Origin: Candidatus Sumerlaeia bacterium
GTDB taxonomy: Bacteria; Sumerlaeota; Sumerlaeia; SLMS01; JANRJK01
Length of the DNA stretch: 64,000 nucleotides
Direction of reading: 5' to 3'
Assembly: GCA_033764015.1 (NCBI GenBank)
Contig: JANRJK010000013.1
Coordinates: 32,001 to 96,000 of the forward strand
The position numbers and the translations under genes are program-made. Positions 59,734-64,000 of the stretch are shown piece after piece; position 1 is the first letter of the stretch; each line of letters opens with the position of its first letter. The notes beneath the pieces were generated by a model. The model did no database searches and had not been told where the DNA came from. It saw nothing but the letters and a program-made list of their open reading frames with translations.

Positions 59734-61461
59734 TTAGCGGTCGGCGAAGGCGGGCCACTCGCCCTCGTGGGCGAGCAGCAGTTCCGCGGCGCCAAGCTCC
59801 TGCGCGAAACGGGGCGCGAGCGCGCCCGCCGCGGCGGGCAGGAGCCGATCCAGTTCCCCGAGCCCCAGCTCGCCCTCGACCGCGAGGCCGTTGCGCAGCA
59901 GCGCCGCCGCGAGGCGGCCCTCGAGGATCGACGCGAACCGGTCCGCGAGCGCGCCCTCCGGGTGGTGGGCGAGCGCGTTCGCTCGCAGCCGGGCCGTCTC
60001 CGCCACCAGCAGCTCCGCCGCGATCTCCGCCAGGCCCGCCGTCACCGGCTGCGAGGGCTTCGGCGAGCCGTTGGAAGCCTCGATCAGCGCATGGTGCGCG
60101 GCGGCGAGGAAGCGGCGCGCGGCGGCGCAGGCGTCCGTCGGCGCGGCTTCGCGCGCGGCGCCCATCGCCTCCGCCCAGAACGCCGCGTGCGGCCCCTTCA
60201 CGCGGCGGAGGAACGCGTTCACCGTGTTGAGGCGGTTGATCTCGTTGGTGCCCTCGTAGAGCCTCGCCACGCGCAGGTCGCGGTAGTAGCGCGCCACGGG
60301 GTACTCCTCCGAGAAGCCGTAGCCGCCGAAGAGCTGGACCGCGTGGTCCGCGCAGACGTTCGCCGCCTCCGTCATCCAGAACTTCGCGATGGAGCACTCG
60401 ACGGAGAACTCGTCCGCGGCGGCGAGCTTCGCCGCCCGCCCCTGCCCGGCCTCGCGCAGCTCCATCGTGAGGCGGTCGATCTCGCCGCCGACGCGCGCCG
60501 CGAGCGCCTCCGCTCCGAAGGCCAGCGCGCCCATCTCCGCCACCTTCTGCCGAAGCATGCCGAAGTCGATGATGCGCGTCCCGAACTGGCGCCGCTCCGA
60601 GCCGTAGCGCCAGCAGTGCCGCAGCAGCTCCTTCATCGCCCCGATCATCGTCGTGCCGAGCTTGAGGCGGCCGAGGTTCAGCATGTTCAGCGCGAGCTTG
60701 TGGCCGCGCCCCAGCTCGCCTAGCACCGCCTCCTCCGCCACGCGGACCCCGGCGAACCGCAGCGCGCAGGTGGAGGAGCCCTTGATGCCCATCTTGTGCT
60801 CCTCCGCGAGCACCTCGAAGCCGGGCGCGCCGCGCTCGACCATGAAGGCGCTCAGCCCCTTGCCTTCGACCTGCGCGAAGACCTGGAACACCTCGGCCCA
60901 GCGGCCGTTGGTGATGAACTGCTTCGAGCCGTTGAGGACCCACTGTCGCGCGGCGGCGTCGTGCGCGGCGGTGCTGATGCCCGCCAGCGCGTCGCTGCCG
61001 TAGCCGGGCTCCGTCAGCGCGTAGGCGGCGAGGATCTCCGCGCTCATCAGCGGCGCCACCCATCGCCCCGCCAGCGCGTCGCTCCCGGCGAACACGAGCG
61101 GCTGCATCCCGATCCCCTGGTGCACCATCGCCGCCACGCCGAGCGAGCTGGCGCGCCCCAGCTCCTCCAGCGTCGGGAGCACCTCCGTGAGCCCGAGGCC
61201 GAGGCCGTCCAGCTCCTCGGGGATCTCCGCCATGAACAAGCCCAGTCCCGCCAGGCCCTTCAGCAGTTCCGGCACGAGCGCGCCCTGGTCCGAGTCGATC
61301 GCGTCGAAGCGGGGCTGGACCTCGTCCACGATGAACGCGCGGACCGTGCGCTGGAACTCGCGCGCCTCCTGCGGCACCGCTTCGGGAGCGGCCATCGCGG
61401 CGGGGTCGGCGGGCTGGAAGAGAAAGGCTGATCCGCGGGGCAAGGTGGCGGTGGAATTCAT
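59734..61461 (-). CDS. Acyl-CoA dehydrogenase (long type)
   Basis: AYALTEPGYGSDA, NGSKQFITN, KMGIKGSST, RRQFG, VQLFGGYGF, YEGTNEINR. Confidence 0.95.
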   Translation of the reverse strand: MNSTATLPRGSAFLFQPADPAAMAAPEAVPQEAREFQRTVRAFIVDEVQPRFDAIDSDQGALVPELLKGLAGLGLFMAEIPEELDGLGLGLTEVLPTLEELGRASSLGVAAMVHQGIGMQPLVFAGSDALAGRWVAPLMSAEILAAYALTEPGYGSDALAGISTAAHDAAARQWVLNGSKQFITNGRWAEVFQVFAQVEGKGLSAFMVERGAPGFEVLAEEHKMGIKGSSTCALRFAGVRVAEEAVLGELGRGHKLALNMLNLGRLKLGTTMIGAMKELLRHCWRYGSERRQFGTRIIDFGMLRQKVAEMGALAFGAEALAARVGGEIDRLTMELREAGQGRAAKLAAADEFSVECSIAKFWMTEAANVCADHAVQLFGGYGFSEEYPVARYYRDLRVARLYEGTNEINRLNTVNAFLRRVKGPHAAFWAEAMGAAREAAPTDACAAARRFLAAAHHALIEASNGSPKPSQPVTAGLAEIAAELLVAETARLRANALAHHPEGALADRFASILEGRLAAALLRNGLAVEGELGLGELDRLLPAAAGALAPRFAQELGAAELLLAHEGEWPAFADR

Positions 61462-61524
61462 CAGGACGGGTACCTGCGGTGCGGGAGATGCGGGCGGCGG
61501 GAAACGCGCGCCGTAAACCGTTTG

Positions 61525-61553
61525 ATTGTGGCGTGGCGCTCGGTCCGTGTCAA
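61525..61553 (-). promoter_or_regulatory. Putative sigma70 promoter of the acyl-CoA dehydrogenase operon
   Basis: Minus strand TTGACA-N17-CACAAT. Confidence 0.6.
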
Positions 61554-61674
61554 GCGCGCCCGCCCCCGCGCCGTTCAATATGCTAAACACGCGCGCGCGG
61601 CGGCGATTCGACTTGAAGCCCGGGGCGCCACGGGGGAGCTTTGAGCAAAGCGGAACAGAATCGAGGACGACGGG

Positions 61675-63270
61675 ATGCACGGCCTACCGGTTCATTTTCA
61701 ACAGCTCGGGGCTGACCTCAACCGCGCGATCTTCTCGCGCGAGAGCGGCGCCGCGGCCCGGCACTACAAGACGCTCCTCGACGTCGCCCCCCAGGCGCGC
61801 CTCCCGGCGGCCCAGCAGTTCGACCTCGCACGCCTCCTCGAACTCGGCGGAGAGCTCGAGCTCGGCCTCGTCGCCTTCGACTCCCTCCTCGAGATGGAGG
61901 ATTCCGATCCCTTCCGCGCGGACGCGCTGCGCCACGCGGGGCACCTCTGCTTCCGCATGAAGAAGTACGAGCTCTGCGCCGACTACCTCACGCAGTTCCT
62001 CGACACGGATCCCAAGCCGAAGGAGCGCATGGACGCGGAGGACATCCTGGGCCGGATGCCCGCCGGGGTGAAGCGCCCCAAGCCCGGCGCGCGCCGCCCC
62101 GCGCCGCTGCGGGCCTCCGAGTTCGCCGGCCTCGCCTCCAGCGACCACATCGAGCCCCAGGCCGCGGCCCGCGGCGACGAGCCGCTGCGCCTCTCGGGCC
62201 TAGAACAGCCGCCGCGCGAGCCCCAGTCCCGCTCCGCGGAGGCGCTCCCGAAAAGCTCGCGCTCCGGCATGGACCCGTTCGCCGCGCCCGCGCCCCCGCC
62301 CGCCCGCCGCCCCGCCGCGGAACCACCCTCGAAGGGTTCCCTCGGCGACGCGCGCTTCGAATCCCGCACCCCGCCCGTGCCGGGCTCGCTGCGCCGGGCC
62401 CAGGACGACGCCCGCGACCGCATGGCGCGCGTGCTCCCGCCGGCGGAGCCGGTCATCGGCGGCGACGAAAGCACCCGCAGGCCCCCGGCATCGATTCCCG
62501 CGAGCGGCGGCATGGTCGACGACCTCCAGCAGGACCCGGAAATGGTCCGCTCCGACTATCTCCGGCTCCGCGGCGCCACCTTCGCCCTCATCCTCCCCAT
62601 CGGAAAGCGCATCTACATCGACGCGGTCGCCGACCTCATCGCCCGCTACAAGAAGATCGACGAGGCGGAGTCGAAGAAGCTCTCCATCGCGCAAAAGGGA
62701 ATCGTGTTCGACAACCTCTCGCTGGCGGACGCGCTCGAGCTGGCGCCCTACACCGCCACCTGCCGCCAGGCGCTCCAGTTCGTCCACGTCGAGCGGGCGC
62801 TGCGCCCCTACGAGCGCGCCGACGTACTCGGCGCGGAGGCGCTCGAGCCCGGCATCAGGATGACCACCGAGAAGGGCATCAAGAAGGCGCGCTGGGCGGA
62901 CTTCCGCCTCATCTCCTGCGCGACCCTCGACATGCATGGCGTGGTGGACGTGTTCGCAGGAGCGCCGCTGAAGCACTTCCGCTTCGCCGACGGCGTCTTC
63001 AACTTCCGGACGATGCTCGAGCCGGAGCAGATCGAGCGCCCCCGCCGCCCCGTCACCGAGCTGGTCGGCAAGCTGGTGGACCTCGCGCCGCAGGCGGTCC
63101 GCTCCCACACCGTGGACCACCTCCGCACCGGGCGCTCCTCCAAGCCCCAGTCCTTCGCGAACAGCGACGAGTTCGACGCCTACAACCGCTGGCTTGTGTT
63201 CGCCCACTTCGCCGAGCCGGTAAGCCCCTCGCAGCTCTCCGCGATCCGCGAGGAAGCGTCGAACTGGTAA
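61675..63270 (+). CDS. Hypothetical protein: TPR-like N-terminus, Pro-rich linker, globular C-terminus
   Basis: GAGGA RBS; TPR-like helices (ADALRHAGHLCFRMKKYELCADYL). Confidence 0.7.
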   Translation: MHGLPVHFQQLGADLNRAIFSRESGAAARHYKTLLDVAPQARLPAAQQFDLARLLELGGELELGLVAFDSLLEMEDSDPFRADALRHAGHLCFRMKKYELCADYLTQFLDTDPKPKERMDAEDILGRMPAGVKRPKPGARRPAPLRASEFAGLASSDHIEPQAAARGDEPLRLSGLEQPPREPQSRSAEALPKSSRSGMDPFAAPAPPPARRPAAEPPSKGSLGDARFESRTPPVPGSLRRAQDDARDRMARVLPPAEPVIGGDESTRRPPASIPASGGMVDDLQQDPEMVRSDYLRLRGATFALILPIGKRIYIDAVADLIARYKKIDEAESKKLSIAQKGIVFDNLSLADALELAPYTATCRQALQFVHVERALRPYERADVLGAEALEPGIRMTTEKGIKKARWADFRLISCATLDMHGVVDVFAGAPLKHFRFADGVFNFRTMLEPEQIERPRRPVTELVGKLVDLAPQAVRSHTVDHLRTGRSSKPQSFANSDEFDAYNRWLVFAHFAEPVSPSQLSAIREEASNW

Positions 63271-63473
63271 GGAGTCCTCGCCGCCCGGCGCGGTGCCCGC
63301 GCCGCCCGCCCCCGAGGCTGGCGGGCGGCCAGCCCGTGGCCCGGCCGCCTCGGGGAAAAGTAGGCGGAATCACGCCCGCGCCGGAATTCCGGCGGAAGCC
63401 CGGCTTGACAGGCCCCGCGGGGGGCGGGGACGTTCCTCCCCTTCACCGACCCCACCGCCGGAAAGGGCGTCCC

Positions 63474-63761
63474 ATGGCCAACTACAGCAAAGTCCAGGCG
63501 AGCCACATCCTTGTCGAGACGCTCGCCGAGGCGCAGGACCTGCGCGAGAAGATCGCCGCGGGCGCCGACTTCGGCCAGCTCGCCGCCGCCCACAGCAACT
63601 GCCCCAGCGGCGAGGCCGGCGGCGACCTCGGCTGGTTCGGGCGCGGCATGATGGTCCGCCCCTTCGAGGAGGCGGCCTTCGCCCTCTCCGTCGGCCAGCT
63701 AAGCCAACCGGTCCAGACAGACTTCGGCTACCACCTCATCAAGCTGACCGCCACCGCCTGA
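63474..63761 (+). CDS. ppiC: Parvulin peptidyl-prolyl isomerase
   Basis: ASHILV, HSNCPS, GGDLGWF, MVRPFE, TDFGYHLI. Confidence 0.93.
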   Translation: MANYSKVQASHILVETLAEAQDLREKIAAGADFGQLAAAHSNCPSGEAGGDLGWFGRGMMVRPFEEAAFALSVGQLSQPVQTDFGYHLIKLTATA

Positions 63762-63780
63762 GCGACGGGGAGCCCCGCCG

Positions 63781-64000
63781 ATGCGCATCCTGGTCACGTC
63801 CGACCTGCACGTGGAGAGCTGCGGCCTCGAGCCGATCCGCCGCCTCGTCGCCGGCATGGACCGCGAGCATCCCGACATCGTCGTGATCGCGGGCGATATC
63901 GGCAACCCCCTCGACCTCTTCGAGGACTGCCTCGCCTGCTTCCTCAAGCTCGACTGCCCCATCGCCGTCCTCGCCGGAAACCACGACGTCTGGTCCGGCC
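63781..64000 (+). CDS. Calcineurin-like metallophosphoesterase, 3' truncated by the window edge
   Basis: Translated by hand: MRILVTSDLH...IAGDIG...AGNHD. Confidence 0.88.
   Translation, partial: MRILVTSDLHVESCGLEPIRRLVAGMDREHPDIVVIAGDIGNPLDLFEDCLACFLKLDCPIAVLAGNHDVWSG

Noticed and set aside
20..63984. Many long alternative-frame and antisense ORFs (e.g. 4114-6009, 7302-9554, 52316-54541, 56204-58498)
   Set aside because: They are Arg/Pro/Ala-rich shadows of real genes, expected in very GC-rich DNA, and carry no motifs.

Overview
GC-rich (~70% by eye), gene-dense bacterial chromosome segment with about 56 protein-coding genes. I found no rRNA, tRNA, CRISPR array, transposase or prophage. The pilin-like gene at 13355 (FTLIELLIVVAIIAVLAAIAVPNFLEAQTRAK...YDPTNGT) suggests a Sumerlaeota (BRC1)-like host (inference from memory, not a search). 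Housekeeping genes: uppP, pgi, mazG, yajQ, yggS, rplU-rpmA, gatB, pta, PNP, htpG, trpE, sppA, ppiC. Most notable items: (1) three tandem type IV pilin genes, where the two outer copies have near-identical ends, a divergent middle, and each its own sigma54-type promoter at the same distance; (2) a GT-C / DUF2723 (TMEM260-like) / DPM1-like / UppP operon, a candidate protein glycosylation system; (3) a 1613-aa secreted protein with 12 Cys-paired BACON-like repeats and a higher-order duplication; (4) an IcmF-like B12-binding + GTPase protein lacking the mutase barrel; (5) a Bacteroides-type serine palmitoyltransferase with a His/Asn/Gly tail, coupled to an M16 peptidase pair; (6) a degenerate circularly permuted ATP-grasp/alpha-E fusion beside an intact transglutaminase. 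Starts were refined by eye from the ORF track, and all family calls rest on motif recognition without database searches.
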